Under the pieces are notes generated by a model, which was given only the letters and a program-made list of their open reading frames with translations, searched no databases and was not told the origin of the DNA. 64,000 nucleotides of DNA from Gammaproteobacteria bacterium. Its GTDB lineage: Bacteria; Pseudomonadota; Gammaproteobacteria; Arenicellales; Poriferihabitantaceae. The number at the start of each line of letters is the position of its first letter. The stretch's first letter is position 1. The position numbers and the translations under genes are program-made. This document shows positions 19,973-29,441 of the stretch, piece by piece. The DNA lies in contig JAHEGU010000001.1 in NCBI GenBank assembly GCA_024644945.1, forward strand, positions 89,937 through 153,936, written 5' to 3'.

Positions 19973-20040
19973 CGAAAAACTGAAAAAACCGGGAGAAACA
20001 AGGAAAACCGGGGGAAAATCGGAAAAGACCCGTTTTCACA
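19973..20040 (+). repeat. Degenerate tandem cluster of family A-like units
   Basis: The sequence is gaaaaactgaaaaaaccgggagaaacaaggaaaaccgggggaaaatcggaaaagacccgttttcaca. Confidence 0.45.
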
Positions 20041-20056
20041 GGCATTTTGAATTTTG

Positions 20057-20072
20057 TGGTCAGAGTAAAAAA
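20057..20072 (+). repeat. Family C intergenic repeat
   Basis: The sequence is tggtcagagtaaaaaa. ggtcagagtaaaa is shared with 50193-50205. Confidence 0.4.
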
Positions 20073-20094
20073 GCCTTCAATCGGGCCAGACCAC

Positions 20095-21227
20095 TCAGCA
20101 TTTTCCTGCTTTCAAGTAGTTAGCACTAGCCCGCGCCACGGCATCAAGATCCAATTCGAATCCGAGTCCGGGGCCATTTAGAACCGGCAGCTGGCCGTTT
20201 CGCAGGCTGAGTCGGGGGATTCGATGATGTCCCATGCCAGGAGGTGGTTCATGTACTGGTTGCCGTCATCCAGATTTGCGATGGTTGCAGCCGCCTGGTT
20301 GGCGGCGCAGGTGGTGATGCCGGTCTCGTAAAGACCATGGATACATATATTGATGCCCGCGGTCTCGGCCACATGGGCGGTCTTGATAAACTGGCTGATG
20401 CCGCCCGTTTCATGAAGGCCGAGGACGATCAGACCGGCTGCATTCTCGCGGCAGACGTTAAAAGCGTCCTGGGGCGTGAACACCAGCTGGTCCGCAGCAA
20501 TTCCTACCGGGCTGGAAGCGCGGACCTGGTTGAGCGCCGACAGACTTTCGCTGTCTGTTGGCTGTACGACGAATTCAATTTCAAACGCCGCAAGTTTCTG
20601 GATCATGCGTTTCGCCTTCAGTGGGTCCCACTTTTCATTGGGGTCGATGCGCAGGCGTCTCTCTGGCCCTATAGCGGCGCGGGTCTGCTGGACGATGGCG
20701 AGATCGAGTGCATCACCCCTGCCCACCTTGACGTAAATCACCTCGCAGCCGTCCTCAGAAAGCTGCTTGGCGTGGGCAGCAATTTCCTCCGCAGTTTCAC
20801 CCTGTGGAAATCCGAAATACTGGATGTCATCGCGCAGCGCGCCGCCAAGCAGTTCGTGTACGGCATGACCAGTTGCTTTTCCTATCACATCCCAAAGCGT
20901 CATCTCGATGCCAGCGAACACCTGCCCCGCATAGCGTGGCGAACTGCAGGTTCCGAATGCTTGGAACAAAGCGTGGTAGCATTCGCGCATCAGCCTGGTG
21001 TTCTCAAACGGGCTTCTACCAACGCAGTAATTCGCAATCAGTTGCAGGTAATCCTGAATTGCGGATGCGGACGGTGTGCCGATACATTCGCCAAATCCGG
21101 TTACACCCTGTTCGGTATGCACTTCCACCAGGATCACCACGGCACCGTCCACTGAACCTTGAGCCCAGTGGTAGGGTGTTAGATAGGGTATTTTCAGCGG
21201 GGTTGTGCGTATTTCGGTGATCTTCAT
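20095..21227 (-). CDS. Enolase-superfamily enzyme (mandelate racemase/muconate lactonizing family) with an apparent 1-nt frameshift near the 3' end
   Basis: The core contains VIYVKVGRG, LRIDPNEKWD and other MR/MLE motifs. The annotated frame stops at 20178. The -1 frame continues as ...RLSLRNGQLPVLNGPGLGFELDLDAVARASANYLKAGKC, the canonical MR/MLE C-terminus, down to the stop at 20095-20097. The shift maps to the G5 run at 20214-20218. Confidence 0.8.
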
Positions 21228-21484
21228 CGGGGGCTTAGAGTTATTTTTCCGGTTAATAAATCGGTTACTGCCAAAGGTCTAGCGGCTGCTTCGCTAAGAA
21301 AAATTCCGGTAAGAGTTATTTCTCAGTTTGTTCTCGGATACCTGTCTCAATTATTACCGCTAGTTAGGCGTTAGTTACAAGTACTAGTTAGTTCTGACAG
21401 CTTTTGTGCAGTTAAATTTTTCTGTTTATTGAGTTTAGTCGGTAGAAAGCAAACACGCATGATCTCTTTTCGTGGATCAAGTGA

Positions 21485-21513
21485 GATCAAAGGGGTCAGT
21501 GTCGTTTAATTTG
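21485..21513 (+). repeat. Family B variant repeat (CAAAGGGGTCAGTGTC..TTAATT)
   Basis: The sequence is gatcaaaggggtcagtgtcgtttaatttg. It is nearly identical to the unit within 30412-30456. Confidence 0.55.
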
Positions 21514-21646
21514 TCAAAGCCAGCCAAAGCATTTAGCCATTTGCTAGTTTGTAACATTTTGTAATGATTGGGTAGATTTTCGCCACTCGGCGATATAACG
21601 AGAGTATTCTTGACATAGTTAAGGTTTAAATAAGTCGCAGAAAGTT

Positions 21647-22276
21647 ATGGAGGCTTTAAATAAAGCAGGAGTCGAGAATGGTACCGGGCACCAGGTATTG
21701 TCTAGGTATCGAATCGATGTAAATCAGCTCGCTCTTTTACAAGGTGCGATTAGTCGCTGGGATCAGTTTCTAGGTGAGCTATTTATAGTTCCGACACCTC
21801 GTAATTTGACTGCCGACGCAATAAACCTGATGTCTCTTGAAGATACCGAGCACTACTTAGATGTAAAGATTCAACTCTCTCAATGTCTAACAGTGGTGCA
21901 GAGCGTAGAGCTGGAGCAGAAATTTGAAAACATATGTGGCGCAATCAGAAAGGCCACCTATCACCAAATTTCAACTAACTTACCGCAGTTTGCTGATAAC
22001 AGCCGCAGCTTAGTAGAACTCGCACGAAAGGATGATCGCATTATTACTGATAACGATGTTTCGAAGCTCGGCTGGAAGCGTTCGCCAGACCTTGAGGTGA
22101 GTCAAGAGTACAAAGATTGTCTGGTACAAGAGCGCAGACAACTAAAATCAGACTTTATCCGCCAGCGGAGTAGGGTTAATTCGCTGATTGAGCGTCTAAA
22201 AAAGGAGATCAATCGAAGTTTTTACTCTCGCCTTGATGAACCAATATCGGAAAACGCTAGTACTAGTAACCGGTAA
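21647..22276 (+). CDS. Stand-alone paralogue of the radical-SAM C-terminal domain (unknown function, predicted helical)
   Basis: The 209-aa ORF is colinear with residues ~410-582 of ORF 17982-19730. Shared blocks include GHQV, SLEDTEHYLDVKIQLS (identical), QKFE..CG.IRK, ER.QL.S.FIRQ and R.FYS.L.E. Hand alignment gives about 77% identity between nt 21836-22038 and the reverse complement of 18121-18323. Confidence 0.7.
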   Translation: MEALNKAGVENGTGHQVLSRYRIDVNQLALLQGAISRWDQFLGELFIVPTPRNLTADAINLMSLEDTEHYLDVKIQLSQCLTVVQSVELEQKFENICGAIRKATYHQISTNLPQFADNSRSLVELARKDDRIITDNDVSKLGWKRSPDLEVSQEYKDCLVQERRQLKSDFIRQRSRVNSLIERLKKEINRSFYSRLDEPISENASTSNR

Positions 22277-22345
22277 TCAAAAAAATTAAAAATCCAAAAA
22301 TCGTGTCGGAGTGGTTTCTACGAAAAGTTAAAATAATTAAAATCA

Positions 22346-22378
22346 GGTCGGAGTGATTTTTGAGAAATCACTCCGACC
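22346..22378 (-). terminator. Perfect 14-bp hairpin built from two inverted family B units; likely intrinsic terminator between convergent genes
   Basis: The arms are ggtcggagtgattt (22346-22359) and aaatcactccgacc (22365-22378), with a 5-nt loop. On the minus strand the hairpin is followed by a U-rich tract (tgattttaattatttt). Confidence 0.6.
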
Positions 22379-22428
22379 CCTTTACAGGCATATCTGCCGG
22401 ATTTCTTCAAAAACATCTGGTTTATATT

Positions 22429-25400
22429 TCAGATCGCGGCAGTTTCCAGTTCTCTAATAGACTTAAACATTTTTTGCCTGATGCCAAAATCAATCAATTG
22501 CTGCCGGCGCGCAATGGTTGATTGTGTCACCTGGTCACGGTAGATACTCTCTAGTATCCTGGAACGCTCGATATAAAACTGATTAAATTTACAATTTTCG
22601 GTTTCATTTTTCTTCAGCCCTTGCCGAAGTCGATCCAGGTTATCCCATTCCCGATTGTTCAGCGCGGCCTGGATTGCGTCATGGTAAAACCAGTTAATGT
22701 TGTGACCGACAGAGCCCTCCTGCAAAATCGCCTCGGCCTCTTCGACCAGTGCACTGCGCTCATCAGGATCTTCAGTGACCAGCAGTAGCGCACCGAGTAT
22801 GGCGGGCCCATGAAAGCCATGCCCACGCTCTCGACTGACATTCGCGGCTTCAGTTAGAGTCTGGTGCAATTCCTCTCGCTCGCTAAATACATCCCTGCGC
22901 CGAACATCGAAAGACTGGACTGCTGCCAGGAAGCTCAACGTTCCCAAATTACGCGCAATTTCCATGGCATTTTCATTATGATCTTTCGCCAGCTCCACTT
23001 CGTTCATTTCCGAGTAAACCCAGCCGAGCAATGCGCTGGTATTCATCTCTCCTCGCAAATGGCCACATTCTCGAGTAGCCCGCAAGCCTTCAATACCATC
23101 CTCGCATGCCTCGGAAATTTCAAGCTGATACAGTCGACTCCATCCGATCATCGCCCGGTTGGCGGCATAATGGGTGGTAAATCCGTGGCGTAATGAAAAT
23201 TCGCAGCATTCCATAAATTTGAGGGTCGCAGTCTTCATCTCTCCGCGAACATAGTAAGCGTCACCCAGACCACCAATTGCCCTCGCCTCTTTTTCAAGGG
23301 AACCCGCCTGACCAGCATATTCCAGAGAACGTCCATGCTCTCCAAGGCAACCCTTCACGTCGCCTTTTGCGAAATAGATATTGCCGCGTATATTGCATAA
23401 ATCAGACAATGCGTCGATATCATTCAATTCGAGCGCCAGGGCTTCGGCGCTGGCGAGATGGAACAGTGCGTCATCATACTGGTCCTGGAATCGAAAACAT
23501 GCTGCGATGCCAAGCTGGATTTGAAGCTCAACAGACTCGAGGCCAGCTGAATCCAATTCTCTCATCCTCGGGCCAGTCATATCCCGCACTTTGGGAATGA
23601 CCTCGAGTGCATTGTGGAAATGGTCCAGCGCTTCGACTACGGCCGATGTCGAAAGCGCAGTCTCGCCGGCAATCCTGGCGTAATGTAACCCCCTGTCGAA
23701 CAGTCCAGCCCGTATATAATGATAGGAAAGCAAGTCAGCCAGCTTGTGACCCTGGCGATATAGTTCCTCAAGATAAACAGCGGCACGTTTGTGAAACCTG
23801 GTCCGGCGCTCCCTGAGCAGACTGGCATAAGCGGCGTCTTGGATTAACGCATGCTTGAATTGAAAACTTGCAGCGGTGCCTTCACCAAGTCGATAAACCA
23901 GCCCCGAATCCACTAAGGCGTCAAGCTGCCGGCTCAATTCATCATCTTCCAGACGAGTAATTGCACCCAGTAGCGATCTGCCAAACGAGCGCCCTATTAT
24001 AGCTGCCGCCTGGGCCGACCGGCGTGCTGTACCAAGACCGTCGAGCCGGGCATTGAGAGAATCGGCAAGGGACCCGGGAATGTCTATCTCTTCATCAGAG
24101 CCCGATCCATTGCTTGAGTTCAATATGGTCCGCGCCAGCTCTTCCACGAATAATGGAATGCCATCGGTACGGTCAACAATTTTACGTGCCAGCTGATCCG
24201 ATATTTCCGGGCCCATCAGACTCTGAATCATGTGGTGACATTGCTCAGGATTGATTCGATTGAGAGACAGTAAATGAACATGAGACAGATCCGTCCAGAC
24301 CTGGCGGTATTCGGGTCGAAAACTCAGCAGCATCAGGACGGGTTTGTCGGAAACGGAGAACACCAGGTTATTGATCAGTTCCTGGGTAGTGGCATCAACC
24401 CAATGCAGGTCTTCAAAAACCAGAATCCATGGTTCGCCATCTGGACTGCTGGTGAGAATTCGGGAGACCAATTCCAAGGTCTGTTGTTTTTGCAATTGTG
24501 CGTTGGCAAGCACTGGATCGGTATCAGAGGGGCCGTACAGCAAACGCCGCAATAATCCTTCTGCGCCTTCGTACTGTATCCCGTGATGTTCCAGAAACCG
24601 GGTAATCCAGTTCTCCGTGGCGTCCTCGTATTGCGGTTGCTGGGCACGTAAAAACTCAACAAAGGGATGGAGCGACCTGCTCTGATGATGCGGAGAGCAT
24701 TGCAGGATGCGCGTCCGGCTGCGGTCAAACTCACTGGCTACCTGAATCAGGCGGGATTTTCCAATACCCGGCTCCCCGCATAACATTATAATTTTTCCTC
24801 TGCCATGCCTCGCGTCTTCCATACAATCTTCGAGCAGCACCCGTTCGTGCCGACGCCCGACAAAAGGCGTCAGCTCGCTGCTGCTGATGGCTTCAAACCG
24901 GCTTCCTGAACTTGCCGCGGATTCCACCTCCCAGGCCAGAACCCGGTCATTCAGGCCTTTCAGATCAAGCTCTCCAAGCTCACTGTAATTAAACAGCTCA
25001 CCAGCCAGAGCCCTGGTTTCGTCTGCGATGACGACCCTTCCCGGGCTGGCGACAGACTGGAGACGGGAAGCCAGATTGGGTGTCTTTCCAACCGCAGTAC
25101 TTTCTCTGGAGGCACCGCTGCCCACTACCTCGCCGACAATAACCGGACCGGTGGCGATACCAACACGAACGAAAATGGGTTCGGTATCCGATGCCGACTG
25201 GTTTAACACCTGAATCCGTCTCTGGATTTCCAGTCCAGCGCTGATCGCGCGCTCTGCATCATTTTCATGGGCCATGGGATAGCCGAAATAGCATAGGATT
25301 CCATCGCCCATGTAACGCGCCACATAGCCATCAAAATGGTTGATGACTTCCGTGCAGGTCTCCTGATATCGGCGATTAATCCTGCTCAAGTCTTCTGGAT

Positions 25401-25707
25401 CCATACGTGTCGACATTGCGGTGGAATCAGCCAGGTCACAAAACATCACAGTCAGCTGACGCCGTTCGGCGCCGCTATTCGGCTTGGAGACGGTTTGGGA
25501 AAGAGCAGAACCCGCGGTCTGGTGCTCAGGCAGTGCATCAGGCTTGTCTGCCACAGCACCGAGCGCATTCCCGCAGCCCCCGCAAAACCTGTCGCCCGGA
25601 TCATTTTTGAACCCGCAATGCGCACATGCCGACGCTAATGCTGCACCACACTGCAGGCAGAATTTACGCTCGACCTTATTGTCGGTGCCGCAGGAATCGC
25701 AGTGCAT
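22429..25707 (-). CDS. Multidomain signalling protein: double zinc ribbon / class III nucleotidyl cyclase / AAA-STAND ATPase / TPR
   Basis: The 1092-aa ORF starts with MHCDSCGTDN..CLQCG...CAHCG...CGGCG. Cyclase motifs follow (LTVMFCDLADST, YMGDGILCYFGYP, RVGIATGPVIVGEVVG, GKTPNLASRLQ). A P-loop GEPGIGKS comes next, then a long TPR-like helical C-terminus. Confidence 0.85.
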   Translation of the reverse strand: MHCDSCGTDNKVERKFCLQCGAALASACAHCGFKNDPGDRFCGGCGNALGAVADKPDALPEHQTAGSALSQTVSKPNSGAERRQLTVMFCDLADSTAMSTRMDPEDLSRINRRYQETCTEVINHFDGYVARYMGDGILCYFGYPMAHENDAERAISAGLEIQRRIQVLNQSASDTEPIFVRVGIATGPVIVGEVVGSGASRESTAVGKTPNLASRLQSVASPGRVVIADETRALAGELFNYSELGELDLKGLNDRVLAWEVESAASSGSRFEAISSSELTPFVGRRHERVLLEDCMEDARHGRGKIIMLCGEPGIGKSRLIQVASEFDRSRTRILQCSPHHQSRSLHPFVEFLRAQQPQYEDATENWITRFLEHHGIQYEGAEGLLRRLLYGPSDTDPVLANAQLQKQQTLELVSRILTSSPDGEPWILVFEDLHWVDATTQELINNLVFSVSDKPVLMLLSFRPEYRQVWTDLSHVHLLSLNRINPEQCHHMIQSLMGPEISDQLARKIVDRTDGIPLFVEELARTILNSSNGSGSDEEIDIPGSLADSLNARLDGLGTARRSAQAAAIIGRSFGRSLLGAITRLEDDELSRQLDALVDSGLVYRLGEGTAASFQFKHALIQDAAYASLLRERRTRFHKRAAVYLEELYRQGHKLADLLSYHYIRAGLFDRGLHYARIAGETALSTSAVVEALDHFHNALEVIPKVRDMTGPRMRELDSAGLESVELQIQLGIAACFRFQDQYDDALFHLASAEALALELNDIDALSDLCNIRGNIYFAKGDVKGCLGEHGRSLEYAGQAGSLEKEARAIGGLGDAYYVRGEMKTATLKFMECCEFSLRHGFTTHYAANRAMIGWSRLYQLEISEACEDGIEGLRATRECGHLRGEMNTSALLGWVYSEMNEVELAKDHNENAMEIARNLGTLSFLAAVQSFDVRRRDVFSEREELHQTLTEAANVSRERGHGFHGPAILGALLLVTEDPDERSALVEEAEAILQEGSVGHNINWFYHDAIQAALNNREWDNLDRLRQGLKKNETENCKFNQFYIERSRILESIYRDQVTQSTIARRQQLIDFGIRQKMFKSIRELETAAI

Positions 25708-25820
25708 GGAGAGAAAAATGGTGAAGTGAATGGCAAGTTATTGTAGCACCGCGATCAGGAGGCATAGACGCAGCTCCTGTGTCACTCGCGAAATGAGCTA
25801 TGCGACAATCGAGCGCAGGG

Positions 25821-25845
25821 GACAAACCAGGGCAGCCTATATATG
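25821..25845 (+). repeat. Family A intergenic repeat (degenerate)
   Basis: The sequence is gacaaaccagggcagcctatatatg. Confidence 0.35.
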
Positions 25846-25921
25846 CCTATCTAACCCTTACTGCAAAGTTCTGAAAGATGAATAGTAACTAGATTTGTTC
25901 GGAATACTGCAGACGATAGTC

Positions 25922-25944
25922 TTTGGGTCAGAGGGATTTGATTT
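25922..25944 (+). repeat. Family C intergenic repeat
   Basis: The sequence is tttgggtcagagggatttgattt. Confidence 0.4.
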
Positions 25945-25960
25945 CACGCCAAGAAAACAC

Positions 25961-26770
25961 TTACTTGATAATCTGCACCGGATGAATCGGGGACAGTTTT
26001 CCGTCAGGATTCAACTTGCTCATTTCAGGGATCAACTCGGCTAATCGGGCTTTGCGGTTACCTGGGGATGGGTGGGTGCTGAGAAATTGAGGTGGGCTTC
26101 CTCCAACCGATCCCATTTTCTGCCACAAAGTCACCGCTGCCTCTGGTTTAAACCCGGCGCGAACAGCCAGTTCAAGCCCAATCCGGTCTGCTTCGGATTC
26201 CGCGGTCCTGCTGTTGGGCAGTTCAAGAGCCAGCGTTGCCGCCAGCGCCGCACCTGTCATCGTCGCACCGCGGTTGTCTGAAGCGATCCCGACTGCGAGC
26301 ACGCCGAGGCTGCTTGCCATGGCAACCGACATTCTTTCAGCTGTATGGTTGGCCAGGGCATGGGAAATCTCATGGCCCATAATCTGGGCAAATTCATCAT
26401 CAGTCAGATTTAGCTTTTCGAACAAGCCGGTATACACCGCCATTCGACCCCCTGCCATGCACCAGGCATTGACGGTTTCAGGATCGTCGACTATCGCCAC
26501 TGACCACTCCCAGATTGCAGATCGCGGATACTTCTTGATCGCTTCCGTCACAAGTCGGCCAGTAATGTTCCGCACTCTCTCCACCGTCGCTGGGTCATTG
26601 ACCAGTTTGTTTTTTGCGTCGAGGTCATTAACGGTCGTCAGATAAGCCCGTTTTGATTCGACGATGGCGGATTCTGGTGAAATCAGCATTAACTGACTGC
26701 GTCCAGTGGGGCTTGTTGCGCAGGCAGTCGTTAAGAATATTAAAGCGAGAGAGAGGATTGTTCTGTTCAT
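25961..26770 (-). CDS. M48 family zinc metallopeptidase, lipoprotein
   Basis: The 269-aa ORF has a lipobox (LIFLTTAC). It has the HExxH motif in MGHEISHALANH and the downstream E in ESEADRIG. Confidence 0.85.
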   Translation of the reverse strand: MNRTILSLALIFLTTACATSPTGRSQLMLISPESAIVESKRAYLTTVNDLDAKNKLVNDPATVERVRNITGRLVTEAIKKYPRSAIWEWSVAIVDDPETVNAWCMAGGRMAVYTGLFEKLNLTDDEFAQIMGHEISHALANHTAERMSVAMASSLGVLAVGIASDNRGATMTGAALAATLALELPNSRTAESEADRIGLELAVRAGFKPEAAVTLWQKMGSVGGSPPQFLSTHPSPGNRKARLAELIPEMSKLNPDGKLSPIHPVQIIK

Positions 26771-27078
26771 GGAAAACTTATACTAAAAAATTGGAAATAC
26801 ATGCAAATCTCGCCGAATTAGCAGAAAAGCCGATGTGCATCTGCAACTACAATATACGTTCATAAATGTTATGGTTTTTAAATAAATAAATTTGCTCCGA
26901 ACTTCTATTCAAGTCTACACCCATATTTACTTAGGCTGTGTGACCGGTCCGCAATAAAGAATCAGCTTTATAACGCATATTAATAAAAGGATAATATGCA
27001 TTTAATTCGTTTAGCATGATTTTGCAAACTTTTCACCAGACGATCTCAACCCTTTCCTACCCGTATTAATGTCAGTAT

Positions 27079-28014
27079 ATGAAGGAAGATATTTCCTGGT
27101 TAAAAAAAAGGATAAGCGGTGAAGGCCCGCCTGTTGTAATTGACGGGGGCATGGGGACACAACTTGAAAAATCCGGGGTGCCCATGGATGGTAAGGTGTG
27201 GAGTGGTCGAGCGGTGCTTTCACATCCCCATGTCGTGCGACAGGTGCATGAAGAATTTATCGCCGCTGGCGCCGAGGTCATCATCGCCAACACCTTTGCG
27301 TCCGCTCGTCATATGTTAGAACCCGCGGGCTTCGGCGAACAGGTGAAGGAAATCAATCTCAATGCGGTCAAAATAGCGCAGGAGGCCCGCGGCCGTGTTG
27401 CACAGGAGCCGGTCGCCATCGCGGGTTCCATTTGCGAATGGGCGCCGACCGACGATCTTAAATGGCATACACCCGAAGCGGTAGGGAGCTCGATCAAGGA
27501 ACAAGCTGAGCTTCTCGCCGAAGCCGGCGTTGATCTGATTACGCTTGAGATGTGTGAGCAACTCGACTTTTCAGTTGCCGCAATCGAGGCCGCTCTCGAC
27601 ATTGGTTTGCCGATCTGGATCGGCATGAGCGCTCAGACTCACAAGGGCTGTCGATCCCTGTCGGTATTTGATTATGCAGAGCTGGATTTTGAGAGCTTAG
27701 TCAAAGGCCTGTCCGAATTTCCGGCCATGATGATGAACATCATGCATACACCGGTTTCAGATGTAGACAATGCTATGGGAATCGTAAAAAATTATTGGGA
27801 TGGGCCTATCGGAATCTATCCCGAATCGGGTTACTTTAAAATGCCAAACTGGCATTTCATAGATGTAATTGAAACTTACGAGTTCGCTCAATGCGCGAAG
27901 AACTGGATTAATAACGGCGCTCGTCTGATTGGTGGCTGCTGCGGATTAGGGCCTGACCACATTGCCGCGGTAAGAAAAACCGTAAATAATATTTTTGAAA
28001 ACCGAGACGGATAA
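27079..28014 (+). CDS. Homocysteine S-methyltransferase family protein
   Basis: The 311-aa ORF contains DGGMGTQLE near the N-terminus and IGGCCGLGPDHI near the C-terminus (Zn-binding Cys pair). Confidence 0.85.
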   Translation: MKEDISWLKKRISGEGPPVVIDGGMGTQLEKSGVPMDGKVWSGRAVLSHPHVVRQVHEEFIAAGAEVIIANTFASARHMLEPAGFGEQVKEINLNAVKIAQEARGRVAQEPVAIAGSICEWAPTDDLKWHTPEAVGSSIKEQAELLAEAGVDLITLEMCEQLDFSVAAIEAALDIGLPIWIGMSAQTHKGCRSLSVFDYAELDFESLVKGLSEFPAMMMNIMHTPVSDVDNAMGIVKNYWDGPIGIYPESGYFKMPNWHFIDVIETYEFAQCAKNWINNGARLIGGCCGLGPDHIAAVRKTVNNIFENRDG

Positions 28015-28183
28015 AGATGACGGAAATCAAATTTTATGCAGATATTTTGCTGATGATTTGAATTCAAAGTTAGAATGGATGACATGCAGATTGTAGGAAG
28101 GATGGAGTAGCTCTTCCATTTAAACGTAAGGTTATGTATACCCACGCATGTGGCACAGTAACCGAGCTATGAGGGATAAGTCC

Positions 28184-28209
28184 GGGAAAACCAGGGCAAA
28201 CCCTTTTAG
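28184..28209 (+). repeat. Family A intergenic repeat
   Basis: The sequence is gggaaaaccagggcaaacccttttag. Confidence 0.45.
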
Positions 28210-28246
28210 CCTCAGCAACAATTAATTCCGACAGGCATAATTAAAT

Positions 28247-29425
28247 TTGGCCAGCAGCTGCGTCAGGGGATTGCCTTACTTTAGTTTCGATCTTAAACGG
28301 ACTGGTGTAACTGTTGTGGCGAGTTTAATTTTTCTAGTCCCAGCGAATCTTGCGCTGGCTGTAACTGCGTTGCCAATCGATCAACCTTCTGAGCAAGATA
28401 ACGCCCGCATTGAAATTGCCCAGTTTACCGAAGTATCCAGGACTGCGGAAACTGAGGATACACCCACTAACGAGGATGAATTATTGACTCGCTGGCACGG
28501 CATTATCTCGGACAAGATCGGGAGTATGGGTGAATCTGCAGATAGATTTCTTGACCCTAGTATAACTTTTGACGAACTCAATCAGACTTCCGTTCGGTTG
28601 CGGCTCGATATCGATGCGATCGAAGGAGAAGGCACCGACTTCGATCCCAAAGTTGATATCAAATGGATTCTGCCAGCAGCTGAAGGCAGATTGCGGCTGC
28701 TGGTGAGCTCCACAGATGAGTTGGAATACAGAGACGGCGAGGGAGGTCTGGGGTCTCCATTGATTGGAGACGATGACGAAGAAGCAACAGCAGCGCTCGA
28801 TTTCAATATACGGGATGATGAAAAGTGGCGATCATCAGCTTCTTTAGGCGTCAAATCTGACCAAGCATATACCCGATTAAAATTGCGTCGGAATTTTATG
28901 ATTGGTGAGCGCTGGAGCTCTCGTCTCCTCTATAGACTTACTTATTTATCAGACGACGGATTTGAGAATGATTTTCGTCTCGACTTTGATCGCACTCTCG
29001 GTCGCCCGCTGCCAGACACTAGGGAGTTTAGAGAGGTTGCTGTCGGAGGCGATCGTCGACCGTGGTTATTTCGATCGGCTTCTCGGATCCGTTCATTTGA
29101 AAACAGTGACAGCACGTTATACGAACAGCGCTTTAGTTTTTTCAATCGACTTTCCCGGCGTTCTGCAATCGCTTATGAAGCGCTCGCATTTGGATGCTCC
29201 AATCCAAATGAAGTTGATGAGACCGTCGACTGTGAGGAGTATCAACTAAGGTTGAGATATAAGGTGATTCACCCAAAGTATAACTGGCTGGCATTTGAGG
29301 TGTGGCCGATAGCCGCCTTTCCCGAGTCGAACGATCTTGATTTGAACGCACAATTGAGACTACGGGTTGAAATCTGGTTTGGTCGAAGCAGGACAGCACA
29401 AGGCAGAGGGGCTGTAAGGTTCTAG
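28247..29425 (+). CDS. Hypothetical secreted/outer-membrane protein
   Basis: This is a long ORF with no recognisable motif. A plausible signal peptide starts at the GTG at 28316 (VASLIFLVPANLALA). The N-terminus is acidic and the body is rich in alternating beta-like segments. Confidence 0.5.
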   Translation: MASSCVRGLPYFSFDLKRTGVTVVASLIFLVPANLALAVTALPIDQPSEQDNARIEIAQFTEVSRTAETEDTPTNEDELLTRWHGIISDKIGSMGESADRFLDPSITFDELNQTSVRLRLDIDAIEGEGTDFDPKVDIKWILPAAEGRLRLLVSSTDELEYRDGEGGLGSPLIGDDDEEATAALDFNIRDDEKWRSSASLGVKSDQAYTRLKLRRNFMIGERWSSRLLYRLTYLSDDGFENDFRLDFDRTLGRPLPDTREFREVAVGGDRRPWLFRSASRIRSFENSDSTLYEQRFSFFNRLSRRSAIAYEALAFGCSNPNEVDETVDCEEYQLRLRYKVIHPKYNWLAFEVWPIAAFPESNDLDLNAQLRLRVEIWFGRSRTAQGRGAVRF

Positions 29426-29441
29426 GAAATCGATAATCTAG

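Noticed and set aside
19973-20040. Tandem gaaaaccggg-like units, considered as a possible CRISPR array or minisatellite.
   Set aside because: The units are short (~20 nt), degenerate and have no spacers. I interpret them as clustered family A repeat fragments. No CRISPR-like array exists anywhere in the window.
20244-21155. A 303-aa plus-strand ORF.
   Set aside because: It is antisense to the MR/MLE gene, which has clear family motifs. It is Arg/Gly/Ala-rich with no recognisable domain.
26771-27078. A possible SAM/SAH-type riboswitch upstream of the homocysteine S-methyltransferase gene.
   Set aside because: I looked for SAM-II or SAM/SAH-like conserved segments and pseudoknot pairing and found nothing convincing. 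The region is simply AT-rich.
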